A DNA stretch of 64,000 nucleotides. It comes from Eledone cirrhosa. Taxonomy: Eukaryota. A program made the translations under genes and the position numbers. The notes under the pieces are model-generated. The model ran no database searches and had not been told where the DNA came from. It saw nothing but the letters and a program-made list of their open reading frames with translations. Location: contig OZ024742.1 in assembly GCA_964016885.1 (NCBI GenBank), positions 60,574,001 through 60,638,000 on the forward strand. Reading direction: 5' to 3'. Shown piece by piece: positions 1 through 13,732 of the stretch; position 1 is the stretch's first letter, and every line of letters starts with the position of its first letter.

Positions 1-51
1 TAGCCGTCGAAACGGCTTGAACTCTGCCGTCGGAGTCATACTTTTTCCTAT
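1..51 (+). repeat. Short arm of a family-F fold-back repeat, cut by the window edge
   Basis: TAGCCGTCGAAACGGCTTGAACTCTGCCGTCGGAGTC...TTCCTAT followed by (AT)n; matches the short arms at 32265-32316 and 33171-33228. Confidence 0.85.
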
Positions 52-260
52 ATATATATATTGTTATACTTTGGGAGGGTCATATTTGTGTAATAATATT
101 GCCAGAATTAATAAAGAGAACACACTCACTGTTTGGTTGGTTTTCGCTTCTGTGTCTTTTATATTAGTTAATTTAATTTATTCGGTCCCCAATGTTACCA
201 TTGACTGACCAACGGTCAAAAATACAAATATAATATAGACACAAACACATATATATAGTC

Positions 261-306
261 TAACAAAGTTCTTTCGTTGCACATCTGCAACATCGTCAGT
301 GGTGCT
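261..306 (-). ncRNA. Minimal hammerhead-like motif in the PLE-1 pLTR; stem I degenerate
   Basis: Minus strand: CA CTGACGA T GTTGCA gatg TGCAAC GAAA GAAC TT TG. Confidence 0.65.
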
Positions 307-539
307 ATTATGTTTCCTCCCGTTGTATTGTATGCCTACGCCTTCTTTATTTAGTCTGTTCATTTATTTATTTATTTATTTATTTTTGCCTGTGTGTATT
401 GTGTTTGAGTGACTGTGTATTGGTTATTGTATTCTATCTTAGTTTACTAGTGTGTGTTTATATATGTTTGTTGTTATTGTGCTTTTGTATGTATTTATTT
501 ATTTTATTTATTTATTTAAACTTATCTTAGGTCAGTATT

Positions 540-1975
540 GTTTGTTTGGGTGTTGTTGTTATTCCATTCATTTTTTCTGTTTAGCCTTGGCCTTCTAAGA
601 TCTATTTCGCTGGCCTCTCTGATTTGCATATTTGCTGGGTCATTTCTATGTTTAGATATTATTTTAATTTCTATGTTGTCTATGTTACCGTCGTGTTATT
701 GTCTGACATGTTCGTATAGTACTGAACCGTTTTTTCTTCCTTTTAGTTCCCCCCAGTGTTGGTCTATCCTTTCACCTATACTACGAGCTGTCTCGCCTAT
801 GTACGTTGTTGTCATGTTTCTGCAAGTAACCTCTGTATATCTTATGCTGTAGACTACGTTTCTAGTCTTACAGTTTATCTGGGGGTTTACTTTACATATA
901 ATACATTTCCTATTAGTACAGTGGGTTTTCTTAAAAGGGTAGGTTTTGCTGATCAGGGATTTTATGGTGGTACCTGGCTTTTCTACCACCTTAATCTTTA
1001 AGTGGGTCTTTCTCAGGAGGGCATTTCTACACTGGTTAGCTAATTTCCCTCCAGGGGTAGCGTCCACAAACATGACACTCTGGTATCTCTGGTTGTCGTA
1101 CCATGAAGTGGCTTTCCCTATCATATGTCTAGTCCTATCTAAGCTATTTCATGATTTGCTCCTGTATAATGGGCAAATTCCTTTCATGTCCAGTTCTATG
1201 AGAGTCTTATACTTCTCCGTGGCTCCTTCGTATACTCTTATTCTGTGTCTTTGGTTGTAGCCAGAGAACTGCATGTGGTTGATGAAGTGTTGGATGTGTC
1301 TTTCTATTTCTGTTGGGTGGCACATGCAGGACACGCTCTTTATCACTCGTACCAAGTCTGCGATCAGAATATTAAACTTAGCACTACTGGACATTGCTGA
1401 GTTTTAGAGTATCAGGTATTTGGAGGCCATGGGTTTAGCGTAGTGTGAGTGGAGAATTTGGGCTCTCTCGTCTATAGTGTTAATCCAGAGTTCCGTGTCT
1501 AATACAGGTAGTCTATTGTTAGGGTGTTTGGAATAGTAGTCGATAGTTACAGTTATACTCTGGTGTATGGAATTAGTTATCTGCTGCATGTTTTCCATTG
1601 TGCTACGTTCTAAATCAAACTTGTTAGTACTCTCTTGTCGGGATGTTCTTATTACTATATTGATGTCGTCTACGTAACGAGAGTACATGATGAGGTCTAT
1701 GGAGCTCTCATCAAGTAGGTATTTGAGTCTCCTTTCCCACCATTCCATAAAAAGGTTGGCAACGTCACCAGCTTTGCTGACGCCAATGGTTGCTACCTCA
1801 TTTTGGGTGTAGATCTTCTCGTTGAATTTGAATATGTGGCCCTTTAAGGTAGTTTTGATACTATCCCATATTGCATGTGCGACCATTTTTCTTACCTTAT
1901 CATTGTTTTGGGGGGTCCGTATAGCTTTGATCCACCCAATCCACCTTCCCATGGGAGTCTTTTTGCCATTGAGGT
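540..1975 (-). pseudogene. PLE RT C-terminal half, thumb and GIY-YIG endonuclease, with in-frame stops
   Basis: ORF pieces 1404-1952, 1149-1394 and 696-1124 share one frame; motifs YSRYVDD, LPVLD, HYAKPMAS, FSGY, CxxC, NVVY...YIGETARSIGERIDQH. Confidence 0.9.
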
Positions 1976-2490
1976 TATGGTGGGGGTCTACCTCTTATAG
2001 GTCTACTGGGGCAGAAACGTCTAATGTCATGGCTGTCTAAACAGTGAGTGTGTTCTGTTATTAATTCTGGCAATATTATTACACAAATATGACCCTCCCC
2101 AAGTATAACAATATTTGTTTCGACACACGATTTCATATAAAAAAAACTCGCAAAGCTAATTCATCGCCGTTATATATATATCAAAATAAAGTACCAGTAA
2201 TGTACTGGGTAATTGCTGGCCTTGTGCCTAAAGTAGAAACAGTTATATATATATCAAAAGCATGTATTGAGTTAGAAACTCAAAATAGTCTCATTACAGT
2301 AAATTATACCATCTGGGTGATGGTAGTTACCACAATACTGGTTTGTATTTATTTTTCTTAATTTATTCTTAAATTGAGTCTAGCAAACCCTATTGTCTGT
2401 AGTTAGTATTTTTTTCACCTTAGCGATTTTGGTCCATTACAATTTGAACACATATATATATGTCTGTGTTCGTTTTTCCTTTTTGTTCAG

Positions 2491-2528
<38 letters not shown>

Positions 2529-2579
2529 TAAAATAACAGATTAAAGTTTAAGCAAAGAATCGCTGCTAATTATTACAGA

Positions 2580-3410
2580 CCACAGCACTCCCACTGCTGA
2601 CCACTTCCTGTTGCCCGCGCACCCCACATCTCTCCTCTTCCGACCACCGCTTCATGGATTACCCACACGCAGAAATTGACTTATAACCAATCCTCCAAAA
2701 TCCTCGGAACTTACCAACTTTTCAACCATCCTCTTACGTCATCACCTATATAACTCACCCACACACACACCCCCAAAAAATGTTTTTCTCCACACGCCAC
2801 CCACACCCACAACACGCTTTAACCCCACACACACGTGCTTCCCACCACATATTTACACCCTCAACCTCCTGATTCCTCTCCCCCCACCCCCCTATCCACA
2901 CACGCACAGACACTCCGACCCACAAAAACACCCCCCACATACACCTCTTCCTGAACATGCAACCCCGTTCTTCCCCCAACCCTTACTTTCACATACACAC
3001 ACACACACACACACACACGCAGACCTACACACACACACCACCTTCAGCCCTCCCCGCTCGGACACCCCGTCTCCCTCTCCCCACTCCACCCGCAACCACC
3101 CCTACTCACCCCACACCCTTCCACCACCTGTTTACCCCCCTTTAATTTCAGTTTATTTTGATCATGCCTTTATTTTTAAATTTTCTCATTCCTTGTATTT
3201 TGATCATGCTTTATTTTTATATTTTTTATCTTTTTTCGTTATATGTCTCTCCACCACTCCCCTACACACCTTTTGAACTCTGTTCCCACACACTTCTCAC
3301 CTGAGGAAGGGCTTATGCCCGAAACGTCGTCCCCCACCTACCCCCCACTCTCCTGAGCGTGAAATTAATAAACATTTATTGTACTGCCTCTCTGTTTTGT
3401 CCCTGTTCAA
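2580..3410 (+). mobile_element. Decayed PLE 3' end with a minimal hammerhead core at 3299-3330
   Basis: HSTPTADHFLLPAH resembles a GIY-YIG C-terminal remnant; C/A-rich UTR; AC CTGAGGA A GGGC ttat GCCC GAAA CG TC GT. Confidence 0.55.
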
Positions 3411-3513
3411 ATTGTTTCATTATATATATATATATATACAAAATCAAGGTTTAGTAAATAGAGAAAAAGTTTTAAAATAAATTTGAAAAAGTTCGCTGTA
3501 CTTACTATATGTA

Positions 3514-3593
3514 CCCTTACCGCGTTTTCAAATCCCAAAATAAATGAATAATCCAGATGGACCCCCATTGAGAAGGGGATTCTCGTCAGAAGG
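3514..3593 (-). ncRNA. Type I hammerhead with a long stem II insert, in a pLTR-like unit spanning about 3440-3790
   Basis: Minus strand: CCTT CTGACGA GAATCCC...GGGATTT GAAA ACGCGG TA AGGG. Confidence 0.75.
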
Positions 3594-3805
3594 TTCTTCT
3601 CGCTCGGAGAATATAAAATTCCCGAGTTCAAATCACAAACTGGCGCCATACAAAACTGTTCCTGGATGAGAGTGAATGAGGAAGGAACCAATTTTGTCTA
3701 GTGCTGCGTGAAGACAGAAGGCAAGGGCGGACAGGTCAATGTCCTGCCACTAGAAATAGCAGCAGTTCAAACGACCAAAATGTTATCTCAACCTTAGGGG
3801 TTATT

Positions 3806-4048
3806 AATAATAATAAAGTATGTGTTCCTACGTGTAAAAAATACATATAGGGATACAAGTATTATCCAACCGTGATGCCAATGTGGTTCTATGGAGGGTG
3901 AATAAATTAACGAACCAAAACATATAAAATCAAGGTTTAGCAAATAGAGAAAATGTTTTAAAATAAACCCGCCATAGAACCACATTGGCATACGGTTGGA
4001 TAATACTTGTATCCCTATATGTATTTTTTACACGTAGGAACACATACT

Positions 4049-4060
<12 letters not shown>
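3806..4060. repeat. Inverted repeat with about 95-bp arms; the spacer duplicates 3440-3481
   Basis: 3806-3899 is the near-exact reverse complement of 3966-4060; spacer contains AAAATCAAGGTTTAGCAAATAGAGAAAA. Confidence 0.9.
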
Positions 4061-4531
<471 letters not shown>

Positions 4532-5632
4532 GAAACGCAAAATACATCTTTCATATATGTATGCATAGGTACATGCATACCTTTATCTGATATGGCAGTA
4601 GAATGCGGTTTTGGTGTGATTCTTTCTCGGTCTTCTTAGTATATTACATAAAATATCTCTAGCAATTTTAAATAGAATTAGTTTTTACTCAGAAAAATCT
4701 TGAACTGAATTTAAGGTTTTTCATCGGCTGTAGTCCCTTATTTGGAGTTGAGAAAGAACAGGCCAATCCATTTTTTTCTTAAAATTGGAATTCGAAATAC
4801 TTTCCATATCTCGCGCCAACAATAGCAAAACAATACATTTTGAAAGAAAATTAAGAGAATTATGAAGCACCATGTTAGATTAGTTGATTAAAAGATTTTT
4901 GTGCAATTTTCTTTTAAATGTTCTTTTATTGGATATAAAATATCCCAGCACAAAGTTATCTGTATATATATAAAAATGTAGTTTTCTGTGTGTATGTGTG
5001 TGTGGACAATTTTTAATGAAGGCTCATATATTCTAAACTATTCATGAGATTTCTTTGAAATTTTTTACAGAGCTTCTCCTTGCACAAAACCTGTACATGA
5101 TCTACAAAGGTTTTCAAAAATCGATATTGGGGCCTTTGGAGACATTAAAAAAGTTTCGGTTATTTGTGTCAAGTTTCGTGATTAAGTAAGACAAGAGTTA
5201 TCTTTCGTCAATATTTCGTGATTAAGAGAAGATTTATCCTTCGTCAATACAATAGGAACTCATTTTTGATGTTGTCAAAAATTTTGTTTGGGGATTTTGA
5301 TTATTAGAATTCGGCTCATTCGGATTTTACTTTACTCTTTGTACTTGAAACAAAAGGTTTTACTGTTGTCAAAAAAATGTATACCTAGACTGGATTTCTG
5401 TTGTTACATGGTATAACGGATGACATATTAATTATTTCGCTGGAATAGTGCCTAAGGTTTTCATGTTTACATAAAGTACGTTTTTCTTCTATGTATTCAA
5501 ATTTACTTCGTTTAGTTTAATGAGCAACATCGAAAGCTACTTGAACCGTCCAAAGGACGGGTACTTTAGCTAGTTTAATATATATGATTCGTCTCATAAA
5601 AGATTTAAAATAAATTCATGAATAACAGACAC

Positions 5633-5900
5633 ATGACGTCAGCACAACAAACTGCTATCTCCGAAACCATGACGTCAACAAAAAAACCTGGGAACTCTTA
5701 AACAATCATATCAGCATAATAAACTGCTAATTCGAAAACAATGACGTCAACACAACATTATGCTAAATCACAAAGCATGACTTAAGCGCAACAAACAACT
5801 AATTCGCAAAACATAATGTCAGCCCAGTAACTGATAACTTACAAACCACGACGTCAACACAACCAACTGTTAACTCACAAACTTGACGTCAACACAACCG
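5633..5900 (+). repeat. Degenerate 36-bp minisatellite, about 7.5 units
   Basis: Units begin ATGACGTCAxCACAACA at 5633, 5669, (5705), 5741, (5777) and onward. Confidence 0.85.
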
Positions 5901-8531
5901 CCTAGTTTGGTTCGTTTGCAAAAACTACAAGTTACACCAGATATCGTCGTAGAGTCACTCTACACATCACTATCAAAGTGTTGTTCGCTATAATGGAAGA
6001 GCTGAATATAGGAATTAATTCCTGACAATAAGTGTTACATAAATCATATTTATCTAAAAGCCTTCCATGAAAATTTTATGGAAAAAATAAGTCATGTACT
6101 AAGAACAAACTAGATAGTAAGAAAGTTATTTGTATTACAAACATCGTCATTATTTTCAAAATTATTTACAAGTCATAGCGAGTGTCTTTCATTAATCAGA
6201 GAGTAGAATAGGCGGCGGGTAAGGTTTCATGTTGTATGTTATTTGAGCTCGGAGTTTAAATCTCGTCGGCTGGCTCAACACGTGTCTTCATGTGTTTATG
6301 TATGTGTGAGAAATATTCAGTGAATTTGCTTATGCAAATCTGATTCTGCTTATTATTTTTAGATCCGTATATGTCGCTATATATTCATGTGTATATGAGT
6401 TTTTGTTTGTCCGAGTTTGTGTAACTCTTCATGTATTTACATGTATATAGTTCTACGAGGTCATTTCTTTATTGTATTTTTCCTTATACTCTAATAAGAA
6501 AAACAGAATCACAGTCATTAAAAATCAATCGAAATTTACATTAATTGTGGTGCCAATCCTGCAACATATTTGAGTAATATGAAAGAATCTTTTTATTTTG
6601 TCCTGCCTATACGTGAAAAAGATCATTAAAACCGGAATTTATATGTCATTACTTTTCTTTAGAACAAATGAAAATATATATAAAAGACAAAATATATTTA
6701 TTTTACGTTCTGTAATTGAAAACAAAAACCTATATACCTAGATTGTTTTTCTGTAGCGATTCGTTGTTTCTTATGATAATATATGCATAATTATCTCTCT
6801 ACATATATTGTTATCTAACTGTTTATGACAAAATTCGTGTGCTATTTTGAAATATGTATCATATAAATTTAGTATTATATACGTTAAAATAGCTGGGGAA
6901 TTAGAGCATCGGACAAAATAGCATTGCCGTATTTTTCCCTTGTTAATTTCAAATCCCAAGGAGATAAACTTTGATATTCTTCATTTCAAGGTAAATAAAA
7001 TGAAGTAATATTCTAGGTTAGTGGATTGGCGAATTGTTAGAATGTCGGATGCGATAACTTATAGAATTTGTTCCGCTGTAACCCGATCTCTGTGTAACTT
7101 TAGTGGAGATCATTTTGTTGCAGGCTTACTGGCATGGCTTTGCTTTCAGAATATTCTTTTCTATCCCTTCACGCATGGTCGGATCCTTGAAAGAGCTTTG
7201 TGCTTCCTGCGCTGCCAAAAATAAGTCATTCCTCAATACCTATACATACCTAGATATGATTTTGATGTTACGGACATATATCTTATGAGCTGATTTTTAG
7301 TTTCATCCAAAAGTGTATTATATATCTTAGCCTGTATGATCAAATAGAAACCTTTTCTATTTGCTCCAACCCACCACTCTTTGAATGCAAATTCTGGTGA
7401 AGTTACTTTTCATCATTCGTCCTTTGAATATAGAAATAAAATTCTAGTCAAAGGCTTGAGTGGTCTATCTCTTTCTATTTCCCCTACCTTCTCTCTAAAC
7501 TTCCCTCCCTCTCAACTGATTATGTTGTGCCGTTAGGGCCACGCTCATGTTTTTATGGTGAAAATATATTTCATTTTCTTATAGATATTTAAGAATCTCA
7601 TGAATATTAGCATTTCAGTGAAACATTTTTATAAAGTTAAACAATTAAATGCGACTTTCAACGAACTAATGCAAACAAAATTAGATATAGTTAGAATTTA
7701 CGAATAGGAAGTAACCCACTTGATGTCCATCAGCGGAGAACAATACAACTATAGCAGCTAAGCCTATCTAAATTCCTGTCTATATACATATTTTTGAGGT
7801 AGACATCACAGATTCACAAAGGTTTTGTTACGACAAATAGCCAGAGATAGACGCTGCATCATTAATTTTATCTGATATGACTTCTTTTCCCGGCAAGATG
7901 CTATCATCCCGATTTCACGGAGTAAATGATAGCTCATGAACTGATGATACGAGAATTCTCTACAGCGACGAGCGTGAAAAAAAGGTTTGCTTCTTTCTTG
8001 AAAAAAATAATTATCGTAAGTACAGGGTTAAATCTATTTGTAACAATAAGAAAAATAGCATTGGTCTAGGATTCACTTGCATCTTTTAAATGGATTCAGT
8101 AGTCCAGCTATATTGATTTAGTCATACAATGCTATTTGTATTGATGGCGTATATTTACAAATTAGACGAAAAAGTGTTTCTCTAAGTCAATACATAAAAG
8201 TGATTGATAGGCTGTTTCCACTTGAAATGAGCAACATATTATGGACTATGATGAAGTATTAACAATTAGAGGTAGCTTGGAATTTGGTATGCAGATAAAG
8301 TATATGATCCCCACTATTATTGTACAGATATGACAGCTGAACATTTCTCTATTTATTACTCCTAATTACTTAAGTATAAATCTACCTATGTAACTCATTC
8401 CCCATCCATCTCTCTATATATTTATATATTTATTCTTTTAACCATCTATCCATCCAACTATCTATTTTTGTCAGTCTCTCTGTGTATCCTTCTATGAAAC
8501 TATATTTCTCATTTGTATATATATGCATGCA

Positions 8532-8604
<73 letters not shown>

Positions 8605-8612
8605 ATATATAC

Positions 8613-9376
<764 letters not shown>

Positions 9377-9423
9377 GTATATATATATATATATATATAC
9401 GTATATATATCTATATATATCTA

Positions 9424-9481
<58 letters not shown>

Positions 9482-9728
9482 GATCCGAAGGCATGGTATT
9501 AAATTCCAATCATTTTAATTTTAATCACGACACATGTTTCAATAAGAGATAGATCGATCGTGTGGCCATGATCGATTATCACTGATCTCGTTAGGTGAAA
9601 ATGAATTGTCTTCAAATCCTTGATATGAGGGAGAAAATTTAACGATGTTTACTCATTTGAGTTTTGTCCCCATATGAAGATTAAGCACCCAAAACACGCC
9701 GACTGCTATCGTCTTAAATTAGGGTCAT

Positions 9729-10430
9729 ATGGTCAATAGGAATACTATCAAGCTGTCCTACGCCACAACCAGTAACATAGCTCAGAATATAGCTAAGATG
9801 AATTATAGTAGACTTAGGACAGCACAAGGCGGGATGAGACATGGTTTAACTAATGGCATCTCTATGGATGAACGGACTCATACGCTTGAGGCGAATCGGG
9901 TCACCCCAACCCCTGGGAACTTACCCATAGAGCAGACAAGAACTGATACCCGACACCAGAGGTTCCGTGGTTCCTCAGGATCAACCCAGGTCGATAACAG
10001 AAAATGTAATTTCAGGAACACCGTCACTTGCCCCTTGGCTGTGAAATGCCTCACCAAAAACATAGTCTACGACTGTACGGTCTCCACTTTAGATAGAACC
10101 TTCAGGTATGTTGGGGCAACTGCCACTGAATTTAAGGATAGATGGTATAATTACGGCCATACTTTTAATAGATTAAATAAAAAAAATAGCAGGGCGCTTT
10201 TTTAATTAGTCTGGAAGCTTAAACAACAGAATATAGAGCACTCCTTATCCTAGTCCATAATTTGCTCAGCCCAGCCATATAACGGCAGCACGGGCGTTTA
10301 TAATTTATGTATAGCTGAAACCTTTAATATTATTAGAGGCGGCCCCCTATTAATCAATAGGAGAGCGGATTTTTTCAGCAACTGCCAACATAGAACGTCG
10401 AAAACCATCCGCAGGATTTTTGGAAAGTAA
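9729..10430 (+). pseudogene. PLE linker and GIY-YIG endonuclease remnant
   Basis: NRNTIKLSY...CNFRNTVTCPLAVKCLTKNIVY...RYVGATATEFKDRWYNYGHTF, then stops. Confidence 0.85.
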
Positions 10431-11666
10431 CCTATCACTAACTCCTCCCTTTTTTTACCTTAGCCATAGAGTTCTCTCAATTACCAAAAAATCAGACAAT
10501 CACACAATCAAGTAGTAGATAGCTGAGATCGTTTGCGCACTTACAAACGGTACTCGGTTTGTTTCCACCGAGTTCTCATAGCTGAGTGCACTTTTACCAC
10601 TACTTTGGAACACCTAGTTAGTAAATAGTAAGAATGATTACACAATCAGTTAAGACCGATTACGCGCATTCACCTTTACTTTAGAATACCCTAACGATTG
10701 AGTTCTCTCGGTTAGTAAATAGTTAGACGTATTACACACTCAGTTCCCACAGTTATGACTTGTCACGATCCTATCAATTGAACACTAGACTAGGTTTTGA
10801 TACGTGATCGTCTAACCATGGAGTGCTCACGGTTACTGATTAGACTATACTACTTACACACCATTATTGGGCTTACACACATCCCAGGGGTTTTGCTATT
10901 CTTTTTTATTTTATTTTATTTTATTTTAAATTTATTTCTGTGTTGGGTAACAAACCTCCACCACTCAAACACCTATCTTAAAAGCCCAAGGGCCCATATG
11001 ACGGGAAAACGCACATACTGACACCTTAACTCAAATACCCAACCCTACATAGAGCCCCTTGGTGGCCTAAATGACGGTTGCTTGCACGCACAGATTTGGG
11101 GACTCAGATTCTCAATGGGACAACGGCACATACAGAATTCGATATGAGCTGACTACTTGCTCTTCACATGGATGTGTATATACCAAAACATACACTTTAG
11201 GAGATACGGATGTTATAATTCAATCGATACACGTATAGCAGAACATTGTACCGAATTTACTTGCCAGTGTATAGGGTTGCGGTTGACCCAATTTTTCCAA
11301 TTTACATCGTCAAATTGAGATTTGACCAATATAACATTTGTTGTTTTGTAAACTAACTTTCGGTGAATACTATGTTGGTATATCTCGTATATATTTTTTC
11401 TTTGACCTCGCGTCGGTGTGTGAGAGTGTGTGTGTACTCACTCACACTAACTGTGACCGACTATAATTCTACAGATTTGATGTTGAGATTAGACCCGTCC
11501 AGCGTCTTCTACAGCTATTGAGAGATAGAGACTTGATATTTTTATGATCCTAATTGAAGACGATAGCAGTCGGCGTGTTTTGGCTGCTTAATCTTCATAT
11601 GGGGGACAACACTCTAGTGAGTGAACATCATTAAATGTTCTCCCCCATATCAAGGATTTGAAGACA

Positions 11667-11759
11667 AATCATTTTCACCTGACGAGATTAGTGATAATCG
11701 ATCATGGCCACACGATCGATCTATCTCTTATTGAAACATGTGTCGTGATTAAAATGATT
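11667..11759 (+). ncRNA. Type I hammerhead, family C, with extended stems I and II
   Basis: AATCATTTT CAC CTGACGA [long stem II containing ATCGATC/GATCGAT] GAAA CATGTG TC GTG ATT AAAATGATT; the inverted copy at about 9508-9608 has a mutated core (CTAACGA). Confidence 0.85.
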
Positions 11760-11927
11760 GGATTAAAATGTTATACCATGCCTTCCGATTTTTATTTTGA
11801 TACAAATACTCCGTTTTACATCATCTAGCTGTTCCCATAAATGGAATTGGAGATATACAAAAGCGTGGGAACTTAATATTGGTAACAAAAGTTTATTGGA
11901 CCGTATAACACAACCAATAATACACCT

Positions 11928-11970
<43 letters not shown>

Positions 11971-12208
11971 AAGACCAAAATTCGAAGAGGGCTTGATAAG
12001 CATTGTATACATAAGTATATATAAAGCCGTAGATCAAATATTTATTATGTGTACAGATTAAAGTTTAAGCAAATAATTTCTGCTTCCACCCTATGTGGGA
12101 TCATCTGTTGACGCAGAAATAAATTTTTCAAAAAACGTTACGAACAAACTCTTCTTGTAGAAAACAGGAAGACATAACGGCGGTAGGTAATGAGATTATC
12201 TTGCGATG

Positions 12209-12399
12209 GGGGTGGATTGGCAGTATCGATAGAGCGTCAGACACCATGCTTTGCAGCATAGAATTACGGCCCTTTATGGTCTGAGTTCAAATCCCGCCGA
12301 GGTTAACTTTGCCTTTCATCCTTACGGGGTCGATAATATAAAGTACCAGTAGTGTACTGGGATAATTGCTGGCCTTGTGCCAAAAGTAGAAATAATTAT
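12209..12399 (+). mobile_element. tRNA-head SINE with a Meta-domain-like core and target-site duplication
   Basis: A box TGGCAGTATCGA, B box GAGTTCAAATCC, core GCCTTTCATCCTTACGGGGTCGATAA; flanking direct repeat ATTATCTTGCGATGGGG. Confidence 0.85.
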
Positions 12400-12845
12400 C
12401 TTGCGATGGGGGAAATTCATGGAATTACGTCATTATGTGGAGCGAGAACAAATTCGTGCTATGGATAAAACATTTTGCCTATGAAAAATTCAGAAGACTA
12501 ATATTCTTTTAGAATAACGGAATGAGTTCCAGCTAACTTTTATGGAAAATGATGTTAATAAAAGTAGTATGATGAAAGAAAAAAAAACTGACTGTATTAA
12601 TAATGGTAAAAGTAATGATAATGAGAACATTAATAGTAATGTTTTGAGTATTAGGCTTCTACATAAGTATGCACTGACCGGTGGTGATGCATGCGTAAAC
12701 TAAGATATAGAGTATAAAAAAGATGTACACACATACACATATACGCGTGTACATGTACACATGTAAGCGTATGTGCGTTTGCAAGTGCGCGAAGAAATGT
12801 ATACATACACATACATATACACGTTTTATACGCATATATATATAT

Positions 12846-12884
<39 letters not shown>

Positions 12885-13087
12885 TAAAAGGTAAACAGAA
12901 ATAACGACACACTCGGTACAGTATATGGAAGGAATATATTAGTTTTAGAACGATTGAGGGAACGGGCAGGGCGGAATCGGAAAAAAATGTTTTTAGAGAA
13001 AAATAACAGATCCATTCATTTTGCCATCTCATGGCAACTCTTGAAAACTGTTGATGCTTGCCTTTTGTGTATGATATATATATATAT

Positions 13088-13145
<58 letters not shown>

Positions 13146-13150
<5 letters not shown>

Positions 13151-13530
13151 TAAAGTTAGTCCTTCATCAGTGATCTTCCAACCATCATTGGTATTTCATC
13201 GCTTTAAAGACCATATACCTCCGGTTGGTGCGAGCAACGGCTAAAAAATGTCGTTGGGACACGTAAATAAAGGGGACACGAGAGTGTAAACAAACAAAGA
13301 TTGTGAAGCAACGAAAAGTGAGGCAGAACGAGTCAAGTCCCAAATTTCCATGAATATAAGTTCGGTGAAATCGTGTGTCCCAACGACTTTTTTTAGCCGT
13401 TGCTCGCACCAACCGGAGGTATATGGTCTTTAAAGCGATGAAATACCAATGATGGTTGGAAGATCACTGATGAAGAACTAACTTTATTCATATGTAACCC
13501 ATTTGCAACCACGCAGCGCGTTTATTCTCA
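13146..13530 (+). mobile_element. Family B short fold-back element in (TA)n
   Basis: 13146-13263 is inverted at 13375-13492; a further copy lies at 15232-15405. Confidence 0.85.
13404..13474 (+). ncRNA. Candidate non-circularly permuted (pseudoknotted) hammerhead ribozyme, family B; also 13164-13233 (-) and 15250-15319 (-)
   Basis: TCGC A CCAACC GGA GGTA TA TGGTCT TTAAAGCGAT GAAA TACC AATGAT GGTTGG A AGATCA CTGATGA A; covaries with family B'. Confidence 0.7.
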
Positions 13531-13595
13531 TATATATATATATAAATATATAGCATTATTATTGGACTTTAACATCTGAAACTACTTCGCTTTCT

Positions 13596-13645
<50 letters not shown>

Positions 13646-13646
13646 A

Positions 13647-13723
13647 AGCGAAAACCAACCAAACAGTGAGTGTGTTCTGTTATTAATTCTGGCAATATTA
13701 CACAAATATGACCCTCCCCAAGT
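13647..13723 (+). repeat. Fragment of the PLE-1 pLTR terminus inside (TA)n
   Basis: Matches 2038-2105 and the reverse complement of 66-148. Confidence 0.85.
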
Positions 13724-13732
13724 ATATATATA

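Larger units (their letters stand above)
61..2172 (-). mobile_element. 5'-truncated Penelope-like element (PLE-1) with inverted pseudo-LTR arm
   Basis: RT/GIY-YIG remnants on the minus strand; terminal sequence 61-135 recurs inverted at about 2038-2112; (TA)n at both ends. Confidence 0.9.
9478..11800 (+). mobile_element. 5'-truncated PLE (family C) with inverted 5' pLTR
   Basis: 9485-9728 is an inverted, diverged copy of 11545-11790; GIY-YIG remnant lies between them. Confidence 0.88.

Noticed and set aside
5633-5900. CRISPR-like periodicity
   Set aside because: Degenerate head-to-tail units without unique spacers, no cas genes, eukaryotic context
9478-11800. Inverted termini of families C, G, J and E as DNA-transposon TIRs
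   Set aside because: Arms are asymmetric, contain hammerheads, lack clear TSDs and, in C and E, flank PLE coding sequence; this is the PLE inverted-pLTR layout
12209-12300. tRNA gene
   Set aside because: A and B boxes belong to a SINE head; no intact cloverleaf
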